A stretch of DNA of 64,000 nt. It comes from Mercenaria mercenaria. Taxonomy: Eukaryota. The notes below the pieces were generated by a model. It saw nothing but the letters and a program-made list of their open reading frames with translations, did no database searches and was not told the DNA's origin. Below are positions 12,715-25,800 of this stretch, one piece after another. The position numbers and the translations under genes are program-made. Position 1 is the stretch's first letter, and every line of letters begins with the position of its first letter. The DNA is taken from assembly GCF_021730395.1 (NCBI RefSeq), contig NC_069364.1, positions 83,531,972 to 83,595,971 on the forward strand, in the 5' to 3' direction.

Positions 12715-12800
12715 AGAGAGAGATAGAGAGAGAGAGGGGGAGGGGGAGAGAGAGAGAGAGAGAGGGGGGGGGGGGGAGAGAGAGAGAAGAGAGAAAGAGA
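12715..12800. repeat. (GA)n with poly-G microsatellite
   Basis: Run of agagagag / gggggg. Confidence 0.85.
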
Positions 12801-12810
12801 GAGACCTCAC

Positions 12811-12875
12811 ACTCCTACGCAGTGATCTTCCTTGCTGCTTCGCTCATATCTATGAGGAATATCACTGCGTAGGAG
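12811..12875. repeat. Perfect 16-bp inverted repeat hairpin (ACTCCTACGCAGTGAT ... ATCACTGCGTAGGAGT), 33-nt spacer
   Basis: Read directly. It lies between the microsatellite and the LINE fragment. Confidence 0.6.
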
Positions 12876-12889
12876 TTTGCAAAGACCTA

Positions 12890-13560
12890 GCCTGCGCGCC
12901 ATTTTAGACTTTATAGATATAGCCCATCATGCTGCTCGTCTTTGGACAACATCTGTTTGGTTTATCTGGGTTTGTGTGTACGGAGACCAGACTTCGAAGC
13001 TATATTCCAGCTGTGGTCCGACGAGGGTCGTTTGAGTTATCCACGCCAAGGTATTTTGCTGAGGTAACAGATTCTTTTAGTGTATTATACAGATAATATT
13101 TTGAGGGAATAGGATGTTTCCTTCTTGTGACGTGGATAATTTGACACTTGGGGGAATTGAATTCCATATCCAGTCCAACTCCAATTTTCTAGTGTTTTAA
13201 TGTCATTCTGGAAGGTATTTGATGTATGACAGAGGTAAGTGGTATGTATATTTCAGTGTCATCTGCAAATAGACGCACTTTAGACTAGATATGTGTGGGA
13301 GGTCATTTATATATGCAAGAAAGAGCAGGGGGCTATTTAAGTACGGACCCCCTGCGGAACTCCAGAAAAGACAGGTATGGGCTCTGAGCTTTTACCGTTT
13401 AGGATTACGGATCGAAGCCAGTCGAAGAAGCTCTTAATCCATTTCAGGGTTACGCCACGTATGCCGTAGTGTTGGATTTGTCTCTTGATACACACGCACG
13501 CACACACACACACACACACACACACAAAAGTACGCTTCCTCAGTGAGCTGTCAACTGGCA
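12890..13560 (-). mobile_element. LINE RT fragment of the same family as the 26.9-29.6 kb LINE
   Basis: The minus-strand translation has WIKSFFDWLRSVILNGKSSEPIPVFSGVPQG, compared with ITNWVKSFLSNRTQKV...LPVLSGVPQGSVLGP in the 26785-29052 ORF. Downstream, GTCATCTGCAAATAG encodes LFADD. Confidence 0.5.
13496..13536. repeat. (CA)n microsatellite
   Basis: Run of cacacaca. Confidence 0.85.
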
Positions 13561-14185
13561 ACAGCTGCCACCATGTGTTACTGATAGGCTTATAAATTCC
13601 TTCAATTCACAATTACAAATTGCAACCTGCTCTCTTAAAATCATGTCTGCCAACTGAGGAAAAGCGGGATCCTGTGATTATATAACATCATAAAACAGCT
13701 GGAACTTGCTGTAATGCTTAACTGGTTACCAAATGTAAGAACAGGTCAAATGGAAGCAACACCTTCAGGAATGACTTAATACCCAGAATATTCTACCCTG
13801 TTACAGTTGGCTGGGTCTGGTCTGTCGCCCCATTCAAATTTGCATTATTTTTCAACTGGGAAGGTATAGATCCCTCATCTGAAAGATAATGTTCAGGATT
13901 GGTGACTGTTCCTTTGAAAGTGTTTTGAGAATGATGGGCTGTATTTTGTATGGCCTACATGTCTTATGAGGGTTAAGATTTGATAGGAGCTTTTCTATGC
14001 CACTGGCATTTTACATGGATATTTGGCATTCTTGGGGAGGTTTGACAGGCTGAATCTTGTTTGGACTGTTTGAGAAAGGAACAGAATATTTCTGGTGTTT
14101 GGTTTTGATGTGGGGGGAGGCATCAGACTGGTTTATATAATTACAGTTAGATTATCTTCAAGGTATTTTTGATCAGCCTCTTTTA

Positions 14186-15243
14186 TTATACGCCCGAAGG
14201 GATGTATTATGTTATGGTCCCGGTGTCCGTCCGTCCGTCCGTTAGCAATTTCGTGTCCGCTCTGTAACTCTTGAACCCCTTGAAGGATTTCAAAGAAACT
14301 TGACACAAATGTTCACCACACCGAGACGACGTGCAAAGCGCATGTTTTGGGTATCTCATTTCAAGGTCAAGGTCACACTTAGGGGTCAAAGGTCATATGA
14401 GTGTGTTTCGTGTCCGCTCTGTAACTCTTGAACTGCTTGAAGGATTTCAAAGAAACTTGGCACAAATGTTCACCACACTGAGACGACGTGCAGAGCACTT
14501 GTTTCGGATGACTAGCTTCAAGGTCAAGGTCACACTTAGGAGTGAAAGGTCATATATGACTTTGCTGTGTCCGCTCTGTAACTCTTGAACTGCTTGAAGG
14601 ATTTCAAACAAACTTGGCACAAATGTTCACCACACTGAGGCCACGTGCAGGGCGCTTGTTCCGGATGACTAGCTTCAAGGTCAAGGTCACACTTAGGAGT
14701 GAAAGGTCATATATGACTTTGCTGTGTCCGCTCTGTAGCTCTTGAACTGCTTGAAGGATTTCAAACAAACTTGGCACAAATGTTCACCACACTGAGGCCA
14801 CGTGCAAAGCGCATGTTTTAGATGGCTGACTTCAAGGTCAAGGTCACACTTAGGGGTCAAAGGTCATATATGACTTTGCTTTGTGTATATCGCTATGCAT
14901 TGCAATGCTCTTGTTTTTATTTGGCAGATCCCTTTTTTTTCTCTTACAATAAATTTTTTTAATTACTTTCCTTTTTTGTTACTATAAATAGCTTATTTTA
15001 AAACTTTTTTTATTATTGGCAGTTGGGAAAATTCGAGACCACTTTTCTGTGGTACAACATGGATGGTACATCCAATTTTTAGATGTATTTTGACATAACT
15101 TTACCTGGTAAGAATTTTTTTTTTAATTTCTTTTTTTTTTTTTGGTTCCTGTTCTTTGGGCTTCAACAGTCAAGTTCTTTATGCTCCCATCCTCTGATGT
15201 AACCCTTCGGGCGTATATTGCCCCGCTTGTCGGCGCTCTTGTT
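14186..15243 (+). mobile_element. Helitron-like non-autonomous element with 14-bp inverted termini and an internal 157-bp x 4 satellite
   Basis: The 5' end is TATACGCCCGAAGGGATGTAT, then GTCCGTCCGTCCGTCCGT. The array runs 14250-14890. 14890-15120 shares the GCAGATCC...TTCTGTGGTACAACATGGATGGTAC 3' module with the elements at 36118, 39313, 40954 and 54470. The 3' end is CCCTTCGGGCGTATATTGCCCCGCTTGTCGGCGCTCTTGTT; its CCCTTCGGGCGTATA is the reverse complement of the 5' end. Confidence 0.45.
14250..14890. repeat. Tandem satellite, period ~157 bp, about 4 copies
   Basis: GTCCGCTCTGTAACTCTTGAAC...TTCAAGGTCAAGGTCACACTTAGG recurs at 14253, 14412, 14569 and 14724. Confidence 0.7.
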
Positions 15244-15789
15244 TTTTTGTTTCTGATTGTATGTTTGAGGTCCAAGAAATACTTACGATCAGAGGATTTG
15301 TTTGATTTCCTAATTTTTTTAAAGTCCATATCACACCTTCTGATTATCCTCTTTAATATTTAGACTTTGATACCCAGGGAAGGTGGTTTCTCATGGAGGA
15401 CATTTTTGACGGAATAAATTGTGCATGTTCTAATCTCTGTCCTCAGTCTTTAAACAGCCAGACACCATAAGATTTTATTCAGTGCCTACACGTAATTTTC
15501 AAAGTTAAGAAGGATTGTAGTGACTAGAAGAAGAAGAAGGAGAAGAAGATGATGATATCGGTAACTAATTTTCAATTAATATTGGCATACAGACACTAAA
15601 AGCAAAAATGGCGCCGAAAATGTTATAATGGCGGATTCAAATAGTCCCCAATATTTTTGCTCTGTAGAGCTATTTTCCTTTTTTTGCTTATAATTTTTTG
15701 CTGAAATCACATCATGACATTTAGGTAGCATTTTTATAATGAAATAATAACAAATTTAAATTTAACCCAAAGAAAACTGAATGTCTTCT

Positions 15790-16800
15790 CTTTTCAAGAA
15801 AAATACACCAGTTCCCCCATCCACCAATCATAATGCAGAACCAAATCTTTCAAGAAGTTCAAAATCACAAACACTTAGGTGTACTATTTTCTAATGATCT
15901 TCGATGGAACCAACATATTGAATACATTAAATCCAAAGCTTAAATATAATGCGGAAACTCAAATTCACTTTAGACCGGAAATCATTAGAAACAATGTATA
16001 TTGGTTATATACGACCAATACTTGAATATGCAGATGTCCTTTTTGATAACTGTACAACTGAAGAGTCCGATGAACTAGAAAAAAATCAATATGAAGCCGC
16101 CCGCATCGTGACCGGTACTACTAAATTAGTTTCTATCCAGATATTAACGAAAGAAGTGGGCTGGGACACATTGGAAGATAGAATAAGTAAACATAAACTA
16201 ATTCTTTTTTATAAAATGAAACAAGGTCTTACGCCTGAATACTTGTCATATTTAGTTCCGCCTCTCGTAGAAGATAGGTCTAATTACAGCCTCCGCAACG
16301 CAGACGACATACAAGTTCCACGTGCACGCATAACACTTTATCAAACTCATTTCTTCCTTCAGCTGTACGTCTTTTCAATGAATTGCCACGACCTACTCGG
16401 GAAGCTGAATCACTATCTAGTTTTAAACACCACCTCAACTCGAATATTGTATATGTTCCTAAATATTATTATTATGGGAGTCGAGAAATTCAGGTTTTAC
16501 ATACTAGGTTACGTATCAGCTGTAGTTCACTTTCGCAAGATCTTTATTCAAAGAACATTATTGACTCTCCAAACTGTACTTGTGGCTACGCTGAAAGCGC
16601 TAATCATTACTTCCTTCACTGTGAAAGGTACAGTGACCTACGAATGAGTCTCCTGGAGACAGTTTCTGGTTATTGCCAGGTATCTTTAAATGTTCTCCTT
16701 TGTGGTGACCAGTCTCTCTCGTACGAAGACAATACTACTATCTTCTCTGCAGTACACAGATATATAGAGAAATCGAAACACTTCCTTAGATAATTCACCA
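15790..16800 (+). mobile_element. 3' fragment of a CR1/L2-like LINE (ORF2 C-terminal domain)
   Basis: Translation: ...HKHLGVLFSNDLRWNQHIEYIKSKA, then IRPILEYADVLFDN...EKNQYEAARIVTG...LEDR, then a Cys/His-rich tail (CTCGYAESANHYFLHCERY). Confidence 0.6.
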
Positions 16801-17424
16801 TTGTACAAAACTAACAACCCTGTCGCCTATCTTCATCTTCATGTCCATTTACTCTCTGATTTCTTTTTACTTATCTAGAATCTATATTATATTTTGATTT
16901 TGATTAATATACTTTTGTTTTGTTTTTGCTAGTTTGATATGTTTCTTTTCCGATAACTTAGATCAACTCAAATACAATATAAGAGAGCATTTCCTTTTTC
17001 TAAGTTCGATAACGCCAGGATTCTGTGTAAATTGATTATATATATGGAGAGGACTTTAATAAGCCTACTGGCTTCCAGTCCAATCCAGAATTTATGTATG
17101 TAAATAATCATTTGAAATGTACATATTGGGAAATAAAATATGTTTAAACCAAATAATAACAAGACAGAATTGTCATGGAAACTTAGATCATACATCACCA
17201 CTAGCTGATTTTGCAGTTTGTGTGTTTGACTAAAAATATTTTTCTGGCAGTGGCTAGGTAGCCGGTTGTATATATACAATATCGTATATGAACATGTAAG
17301 TTAAGGTAGCCGGCTCTTTAATAAACTGTATAATAAAGAATCATTATATTAGTTAAATAAATTACATTTCTTGTGATTTCCTTAGATGTACCTTTGTGCA
17401 GTAACGAATCTGAGCGTTCAGTTG

Positions 17425-17830
17425 TGACGAGATGAATTTCCGATTCATCGTTTCTACCTTTCTATTAATAAAATGAATGCATGCGTTATAAAACAAATCT
17501 AAAAACTTTGATCAAATACGTTACTGTCATAATTTTGAAATTTTGTATAATTTTTTATTTCAGATTCATCCTGTCATATCCAGGCCACATCCCGAGGAGG
17601 CGCTCTTTACCATAGCCCGCTCCCCACCCCCCGCCACTCCCACCCCTGAAAAACAAATATTTACTTAGTCTATTTCGACTCAGTCTGCAGTGTTCTGTTA
17701 TGACAGGATGAATTTCCGACTCATCGTTTCTACCTTTCTATTAATAAAATCAATGCATGCGTTATAAAACAAATTTAAAAGCTTTGATCAAATACGTTAC
17801 TGTCATAACTTTGAAATTTTGTACAATTTT
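17425..17830. repeat. Direct repeat of a ~125-bp unit (A-B-A arrangement); a further copy of unit B at 18620-18760
   Basis: GATGAATTTCCGATTCATCGTTTCTACCTTTCTATTAATAAAAT...GTCATAATTTTGAAATTTTGTA occurs at 17425 and 17700. The intervening block (...GAGGCGCTCTTTACCATAGCCC...GACTCAGTCTGCAG) recurs at 18620-18760. Confidence 0.45.
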
Positions 17831-19794
17831 TATTTAACAAATAATGTATAGAAAAAACCGTGTTTAATAACGTTAATTAATACACAGAAAGAGGTTATAC
17901 GTCGGCGGAATAAGTTTGCGAGTGCGTAGCTCAGTTGAATTATTCTGGCGATGTATAACCGATTTTGAGTGTATTAATTTAGGTAAAACACGATTTTACT
18001 ATACATTATTTCGATTCTAATATGCCCTTAATCTAGAACAGTAGATGAAATATAGTAGTGCTCTTTCTTGGTCGCAACAAAGTTATTGACGTCATCGCAC
18101 GTTAACCTGGCGTAATTTTAGTGCAAGCGTGTTTTTATAGGTTAGAGAACACCAATTGTTTTCCCATAGACTTCCATTATAACATTATGGCGTGTACGGC
18201 CTTCCATAAATCGAAACATGTATATCCAATCGCATTTTTTTCAGGAACTATATATCTTAGTTCCATCAAAATATCAGACGAAAAAACATATGAATAGTGA
18301 TACTTTATTTAAGTAATTTTCGTATGAATGAGATGACCCCCCTTGTTTACATCGTTGTCATGGCGGGAGAAATTCATTTGATAAAACTGTTTTTCAATAC
18401 ACATTAAATGTAGCAAATTTTGTCAAGATATATAATGAAATAATGTAAATGCAGTAAAAATATTCCATTTTGATAAAAATAATCACTTCTTGGGTTTGTT
18501 TACATGACTGACCAATCAGAACGCACAGACGCTACCTTATTCCCAGGTATACACTTACCTCATTCCCAGTAAGTTCCTGTACTTTTTTGAATTGGTGGTC
18601 TCTGACCAACAGAAACAAGCATATTAGAATTAAAATTCATCATGTCATATTCACGCCACACCCTGAAGAGGCGCTCCTTACCATGCCCCCCCCCCCACCT
18701 CCCACGAAAAACAGATATTTACATAGTCTGTTTCGACTCAGTCTGCAGATTGAAGCATGCTTTTATTCAATCTGTTTTTATTCTACTAGTATTTATTTTT
18801 CTCTCTTTTTCTTTTCTTTTTCTTCTTCTTTGTCTTTTTTTAATCTCCTTTTCTTTTCTTTTTTTATACCTTGTCATGGAAATTAAGATCGGCTGCAGGA
18901 AAACCAACACTTAAAAAAGATAAATTAGGTTGTAAACGATGAAAATTAACCTGCGTAAAGCAGCAGTATTTCCATGCCGTATTCATTTCTATATTGATAA
19001 CACAAGGCTGATCCATGTGTATCTGCCGGCTACCTTGACTTACATATATGTTCATATACGATGTGTATATATAGAGTCGGCTACCTAGACCTTTACTCAG
19101 CCATAGATATTGCCAGGTATGTGCACTTCTGCGCAAAGGCATTCTTTTGTAACTCCTTCTATCCCATATAAATTGGGTAAAATTTACTTAGTGGAAAAGT
19201 TATTTCAATGAAATTCAGAGTTTGTACATGAAATTGTATGATATAATGCACATTATTATATTTAAAGGGAATTAACAACACATTTTTTTTAAAAATTTTA
19301 TTCAATGTAATTTTTCTCAAGGATTCATAAAGAAATGTTTCTATGTTAAGAATGTAACCAAAGACATATAGATTGTAACCAAAGTAACTAAAGTAACCAA
19401 AGGTATTTAGACAGTTGATAATGGCTGCAAAATTGATAGTTACCAAATGTTCTTCGCAATATGTAACCAAAGACATATAGAATGTAACCAAAGTAACCAA
19501 AGAGATATAGGCGGTTACAAATGTATGCCTTCAAGTGCGCAGAGGTGCACTTTTTGGGCCATATATGTCTAGCAACTACCTATTTTTTTGCATGAAACCC
19601 CAACTACACAATTCTTTCTATAATTATTTATTCGGCACTGTCAATATTCTTCAAATAAATGTAAGTTATGAACATTTAAAATGGGTCCTAATGAGTTCTG
19701 CAGGAAATATAGGGTTTTTTTTATAAAATAAGAAGAACAGCTATTTAGTATGTTGTAACCAAATAGGGTGTGCAGAATTTATTCTGGGACTTCC

Positions 19795-19826
19795 GTACGG
19801 TAAGGTACGGTACGCAAACAACAACA
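19795..19826. repeat. (CAA)n microsatellite
   Basis: caacaacaacaac. Confidence 0.8.
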
Positions 19827-20230
19827 ACAACAACTAGTATTTCCCATTTTGTTCTGTGTGTAAAAGGTATTTTCCGCACGAACGTTAAATGACAAATTTT
19901 ACAACTTGTGTTTGAAGTAAGTATTTAAGTCTATCATTTCATAACGCCCTAGGGTCAAAATAGTGTTCAGTGCCGCTGTATATCTTAAGGGATTCGCAAA
20001 ATAATGGGCTATTCCAGAAAATGTCCACCCCATCGTTTAAAAAAAAACGGCAGTGGCTAGAGAACCAGAATCGGTTCCCTATACAGCGGACTTATTCGTC
20101 CGGGACCAGTTCTACATCTACATCTACATCGTTACAACCAACAATCGATTTCCGATTATGACTGGTCGGCGCTGTCAGAGAAACAGTTGTTAAAGAAATT
20201 TAGTATATTACAGTATTAAAAGTAAAGGAT

Positions 20231-21833
20231 GATTCTAGCGGTACGGATCCGTACCTCTAGACAAGCCTGTTAGGGGTTTTCTAGGGGTACGGACCTCCTT
20301 TTTCTAGAAATTTAGGGTTATTTATATCTTAAATTTTGTTGAAAATGAAATAACAACAAAGTCTTAACCAGTCTTCACTTAAAACTTGAATCTAATTGGT
20401 TTACAGATACCAGCGTTCGTCCGATTGTTTACCTTCTCTTTCAGAACCTAAATAACCGAGGAACTCCAAATGGATACACTGTTCTGTGCCGATAGGAATT
20501 AGTTTGTTGTCAAATAAACTGTTGATAACAGCTAGATTAATGAATGAATCTATCCCTTAAATGAATTCTATTTGAAATTCAGCAAATAAATAAATAAATT
20601 AGGCATAATAATATGCTAGTCCAAATAATTGTACTCGAGAGTTGAATATCGTTATATTATTTTGACTTGTCGATATCCGCCTCCGAGTACAAACCAGAAA
20701 AGGTAAAGAATGTGGTAGCACTGTCCTCTTCTTTGCGTAAGTAACACCCAATGGAATCCGTTGGGCGGGAACTATGTTATGATAATGCAACGGATAAAAA
20801 AAAGAAATACATACACAGAAAGCCTGTAATTTTTCCTTTTCAGTGATGTATATATTACCGAGATTTCTTGAGAAAAATTCAAACTACGACAGTTAAAAAA
20901 ATGCCAAGGTTTAACACGAGTGTACTACATATCGGAAAATGGTCGATCACCGGTAAACACATTACTACACGAAGCGTTTTCATTGGTCACGCCTCCGACC
21001 GCCATTACATGAAGACGATTGAAACATTAGAGGTTTAAATGTTTTACAACAGAAATTCTTGATAAATATGTCCTGTTCTTATTTTTTTTATTTACTATTT
21101 ATGATTTAAAACAACTGGTAAGCAGTTAGGGCTAAAGAAAAATCGTGACTACTGATAAATCGTAATTTCAATTGACCACAGTTTCCACCACAGTTTTGAT
21201 TGTTTCTGGTTGAGACCTCTAGGTAGACAACGTAAAATATCAAAATGTAAAATCGGTCTGCCCGAGGTCTCATTATTTAGACTAAATAATATGCACCAAT
21301 CTATTTTGTTATTTAACAATGTACATTGTTGTATAATGATAATCGGCACGGAACTTTAATGATCAATTAAGCGACATTAAGTAAAAGAAACTGTTTGTGA
21401 AAACGTCCCATGTATCTCGTAACGGCTACCAAATGTGTGAAAAACGTAAATACACTAAGGGCTAATTATCAATTAAAAGTAGTTTTCCCCCAACATACTT
21501 AAAATTATTTTGTTTAATCTTTATATCTTTTTTTTCTGCCAGTTCGAAACTTCGTGATTTATTTGGTGTTCCTCGGTTATTTACGTTCCGAAAGAAAATG
21601 TAACAAATCGGATGAATGTTGTTATCTGTAAACCATTTAGATCCAAGTTTAAGGTGAATTCTGATGAAATGTTATTTGTTATTTTTTTTTCAACAAAATC
21701 TGAAATGTAAATGACCCTTAATCTCTAGAAAAACTGAGGTCCGTACCCCTAGAAAACCCCTAAAAGGCTTGTCTAGAGGTACGGATCCGTACCTCTAGAA
21801 TCAGATTCTAGAGGTACGGATCCGTACCCCTAG
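20231..21833. mobile_element. Foldback-type non-autonomous element with ~280-bp terminal inverted repeats
   Basis: 20231-20500 is the reverse complement of 21545-21833 along its whole length. The termini contain the perfect 26-bp palindrome CTAGAGGTACGGATCCGTACCTCTAG, two tandem copies at the right end. There is no ORF inside. Confidence 0.5.
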
Positions 21834-21834
21834 A

Positions 21835-22460
21835 CACTTCCAAAAGTAAAAGATAAAAGGACAGTATGCTACAGTTAAAATAGGACAGAATGGAAGAATT
21901 ACATAGTGACCGCCGCCAGCCTCTCTGTAAAGGTACTGAGGCTGGGGCTAGCTTTGACTGATGTGGGGAGGGAGTTCCAGAGACGGATGGTTCTAGGGAA
22001 ATAAGAGTTAGCAAAGTATTGAGTGCTGGAATAAGGGATCAAGTAGTTCAGGTTTCTAATTGGGGACAAGTAACCTTGGTCAATAGCAACGGTCTGGGTC
22101 CTTACTTTGTAAAACAAAAGTAATGAACAGTTTAACCTACAGTACTGGAGAGTTTTCCATTCTAAGGATTTCAACATTTCAGTTACACTGCTTGTATAGT
22201 TGTAATCATTCATAACATACCTAGCTGCTGACCTTTGGACTCGTTCAAGTTTATGGGTGAGGGTTTTCTGCCAGGGATGCCACACAGTTGAACAGTATTC
22301 TAGCTGGGGGCGGACATAGGTGGTGTATGCAGCTTCTTTGACCTTTTTGTTATCTGTCTTGACATTTCTCTGAATAAATCGAAGGGAAGAGGTTGCCTTA
22401 GAAGTTATGTTTTCTATATGTTGTGACCAGTTCAAATCATTGGAGATAGTTATTCCTAGG
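21835..22460 (-). mobile_element. 3' part of a split CR1-like LINE (end of ORF2 plus 3'UTR)
   Basis: The minus-strand translation starts exactly at the CTAGG at 22456-22460: LGITISNDLNWSQHIENITSKA...VRPQLEYCSTVWHP...ERVQRSAARYV...LEWKTL. This is the typical LINE ORF2 tail, with the stop at 21899. Confidence 0.6.
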
Positions 22461-23058
22461 CAGTGCTCCAGCTAGCTATTTACAGCAGGGCGCATCGCCC
22501 GTTCCGAAATTCGTTCCGCCCTGTTGCCCTGCCAGGCACCCTGCCCGTTTTACAACCATTCATTTCCTTTTTTAGCCAAACCTACCTTTTGTGCCTCAGT
22601 GATTGTAATAAACTGCTTTATTGTCCACTTTTTATCGAGTGATACACGCCGGGGGGCAGTGACATAATTAGCAAACAATTACCTGCTGTAATCGTGCCCG
22701 AGGCAGACTGTGATATTTTAGACTGCTCCACTAACATTAAAATGACTGAATCTTAGTGTTAACACAGTTTGCAAACCAGTCTAAAATCATTATTATTTTC
22801 GCGCCACCTGTCAAATTGTACTTTCGTTTTCGGTAACATAGTCGTAAATATCCTTTATACATAACTGAAACTTAAGTCCAGACAACAGACATTTAAATCT
22901 AACTAATAAAAATCGATCACAATCAAATTTAGATAGGAAAATATTTTGATTTTATCGTTTTACAAGTTTTTAAAATCGAAAGTAGGCTGTCGTCTGCTGT
23001 GTGAAATTGCCGATTTTTCACGAAAGATTTCTTTGAAGTTAGTTTAATAAGATGTAAC

Positions 23059-23517
23059 ACGGTGGGGAAACCAAGAATGCAACGTCATCAAAACCCAGCG
23101 CAAATGAGCTGACCACACACAAATTTACGTCGATTCAGGTCAGAAAAGTCTTGTAACTTTTTTATTACTGCAGCTTTCGACTCGAGATAAAGAGCACCGT
23201 ACCCGGCCTGGAGTATACTATTCTGCGGTAGTGTTCCATATTGTACATATAGCTTGGTTTTTGCTCGAAAACGCGAACAGTTGGCAAAGAAGGTATGAGC
23301 TGTACCACACTTTTGTCTAAGAAAGTGAGTTTTGACCGCATTTTCGTGAAATGAGGACAGATTTGAAGCTCATTTAATATCAGTGACTAGCATAATAGTC
23401 AAACATTGCTTTATTTTGCTATTTTCAAGGATATCTGACGATATTTTATTAAAAAAAAACACCGTTATTAAAATGAGAACATCCACACTGACGACTTTGT
23501 TGGAGAACATCCACACT
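23059..23517. repeat. Left arm of a ~460-bp internal inverted repeat (partner arm at 25801-26256)
   Basis: CACGGTGGGGAAACCAAGAATGCAACGTCATCAAAACCCAGCGCAAATGAGCTGACC is the reverse complement of 26200-26256. The inner ends (GGAGAACATCCACAC and GTGGATGTTCTCC) also match. The loop is about 2.3 kb. Confidence 0.7.
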
Positions 23518-24227
23518 CTTAATTACCATTATTGCAGTAATGCTTCCTAAAAGCTGTGTCTTAGGCAGTCAAGCTACGTTGTTCAACAACAAATGTCGTC
23601 TATACATACAATCAGCAGTTCATACCATTTACCGCAAGTCTGTAGACCAGTTAAAATAGATCTGCCAAATTATATAGCAATGGCTGAGCACATGTTAGGC
23701 TAACATTAATCTCTGTGTAAAGTGTGGCATAAGGACACGGTGTTCAGATTGATTGCATCTTAGGAAAAACATTATTTTAAGATAACAAGACAAAGTCGCA
23801 TAAAAGTCCTGCACACAAAGTTTAAAAGCAAATAGAGGATTGAAATAGTTATTGTATTGTTATTTTGTTTAGAACTATATCCATCCCAAAGTGCATAAAA
23901 CACGGATAGTTAGTACTTTAACTAAATATTATAACTGTTAGATATTTTAAATCTTATTTCAGCAAATGGAAGTCTCTTTCAAATATCAAATACAATCCAA
24001 CCTTATACATAAAAAACCGATAGAAAGGCATACAATGTATTATCATTACGTAGACTAAAGCCTGGGTTCTGCATACGGAACCGAAATTCGTTTATTGAAT
24101 GGCAATCCCATGACAACAATATTATATTTCTAAAGATAAAACATGATATTAAAATTGTTTGAACATTAAATAGTTCTAAATGGTGTCTTTAAATCAGCTT
24201 GATCTCTTAAAATAAAGGCAAGGTCTA

Positions 24228-24300
24228 TAGCCAAGTGTTAGGGCGTCCGCTTTGAGTGCGTGAGGTCGTGGATTCGATTCCCGGCCGCGTCATACCAAAG
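24228..24300 (+). other. tRNA-like segment with A-box and B-box-like motifs, probably a tRNA-derived SINE head
   Basis: GGTCTATAGCCAAGTGTTAGGGCG is A-box-like (TAGCCAAGTG). GGATTCGATTCCCGG is B-box-like. I could not draw a complete cloverleaf by eye, so it is not called a tRNA gene. Confidence 0.3.
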
Positions 24301-25800
24301 ACGTGAAAAATGGTACCAGTAGCTCCCTTGCTTGGCGTTCAGCATTAAAAGGGAAACTGGCCTCTTCTCTCATACCCCCGTGGCGATTGATCCCATCAGG
24401 AATGAGGGGTCGAGAGTGATGAATGTAAGTTATAGAACTTCCTTCAAAATCGACCTAAAATGAATTCTGTATAAACTAAAATAAAGGCAAACATAAAAAC
24501 ACGGTTTTATACATTTGATTTAATCACATGTAAGACCGTAGCTTATATTTTTGACTGAGAAGATTCATTAAAAGCTTCATTGGGGACAATTTACTTTTGA
24601 AAAGATGATTTCCTATAGGCACATATTACAAAAAGTTACTTAAGGTCAAAACATTTTGTTCAGCAGAAAAAGCACGTGACTCTATCAATTTACATTTGCC
24701 AAAAGTTGCAAGTTTATTCTATAATTTGGAAAAATCGGGAGTTTAATCAAATTTCAAATCAGTGAAGAAAACAAAAATGGATCCGAACTACCTTAAGCAT
24801 CATACGGGAAAGATTTTCATGTAACACCTTAAACTTTCGTCAGTATTTATACACCTTTCCATACTCTCTCCGCTGTGACTGTCTTAAGTGTTCCCGCAGA
24901 GCAGGTTTTCCGGCTGAAGCTTAGCCCCTAATATCGCACTTCAATCAAATGCTGATTTATTAAAATGAATTGCCCATAATTTGAAATGTTCTGCAATGCC
25001 ATTGGACAAAATGATTTCAATCACTAAATACTGTTACAACTGTATTAATAATTTACTAGTTGCGGGCACCTATTCACATTAGCAGATCTTAATAATTTCA
25101 AATTGTTTTATAGAGCTTGAGCCGTATTGTTCGTTAATAATAGTTCAGCCAGGAAAATTGTAAGGGTGTTTAAGTATAAGTTTGTGGTTTGGTAAAAGAA
25201 ATTTACATAGACTTTGTTATCTCGCATATGTTATTGGTGCTAAAATAATTTAAATGGGATGAGAAGTTTTATTTTTCTAATTATTGGCTAACCTGTTTAG
25301 TGTTTAAAATTATTTTTTGTTTACAAATTTAAGCTCTGCGTACAGTATATGTGACTTACCGGGTTAATAAACGAATGAAAGTAAATCTTGATTTACCAAA
25401 ATTAATTTCCCCATAATTCCAAAAATACTGCAATGACATTGGAGAAAAGTAATTTCAAACACTAAAAAGGTGGAAAAAAGATTTATGTTTTCTTTTCCAT
25501 TTTTATATTTTATATTATAATTATTATATATAACACGATCTTATTCATGTAGAATCTACTCTACTAAATATTTATATAGATCAAATGCCCTACGGATTGC
25601 AACAACATTTTCAAATTGACATTATTAAATTTGCAGTATGTCATAAAAAGAAAAAATACTGCCATCTGAAACAAAATAACGAATGACGCGCAGATTGAAT
25701 GCAGTGAAACTTATCACTTTTACCTTACTTTTTCACATGTCAGATTTTAAAAACAAAAACGGTTTTGTCTTGATTTTTCTAAATAGTGCATGATAATAGT

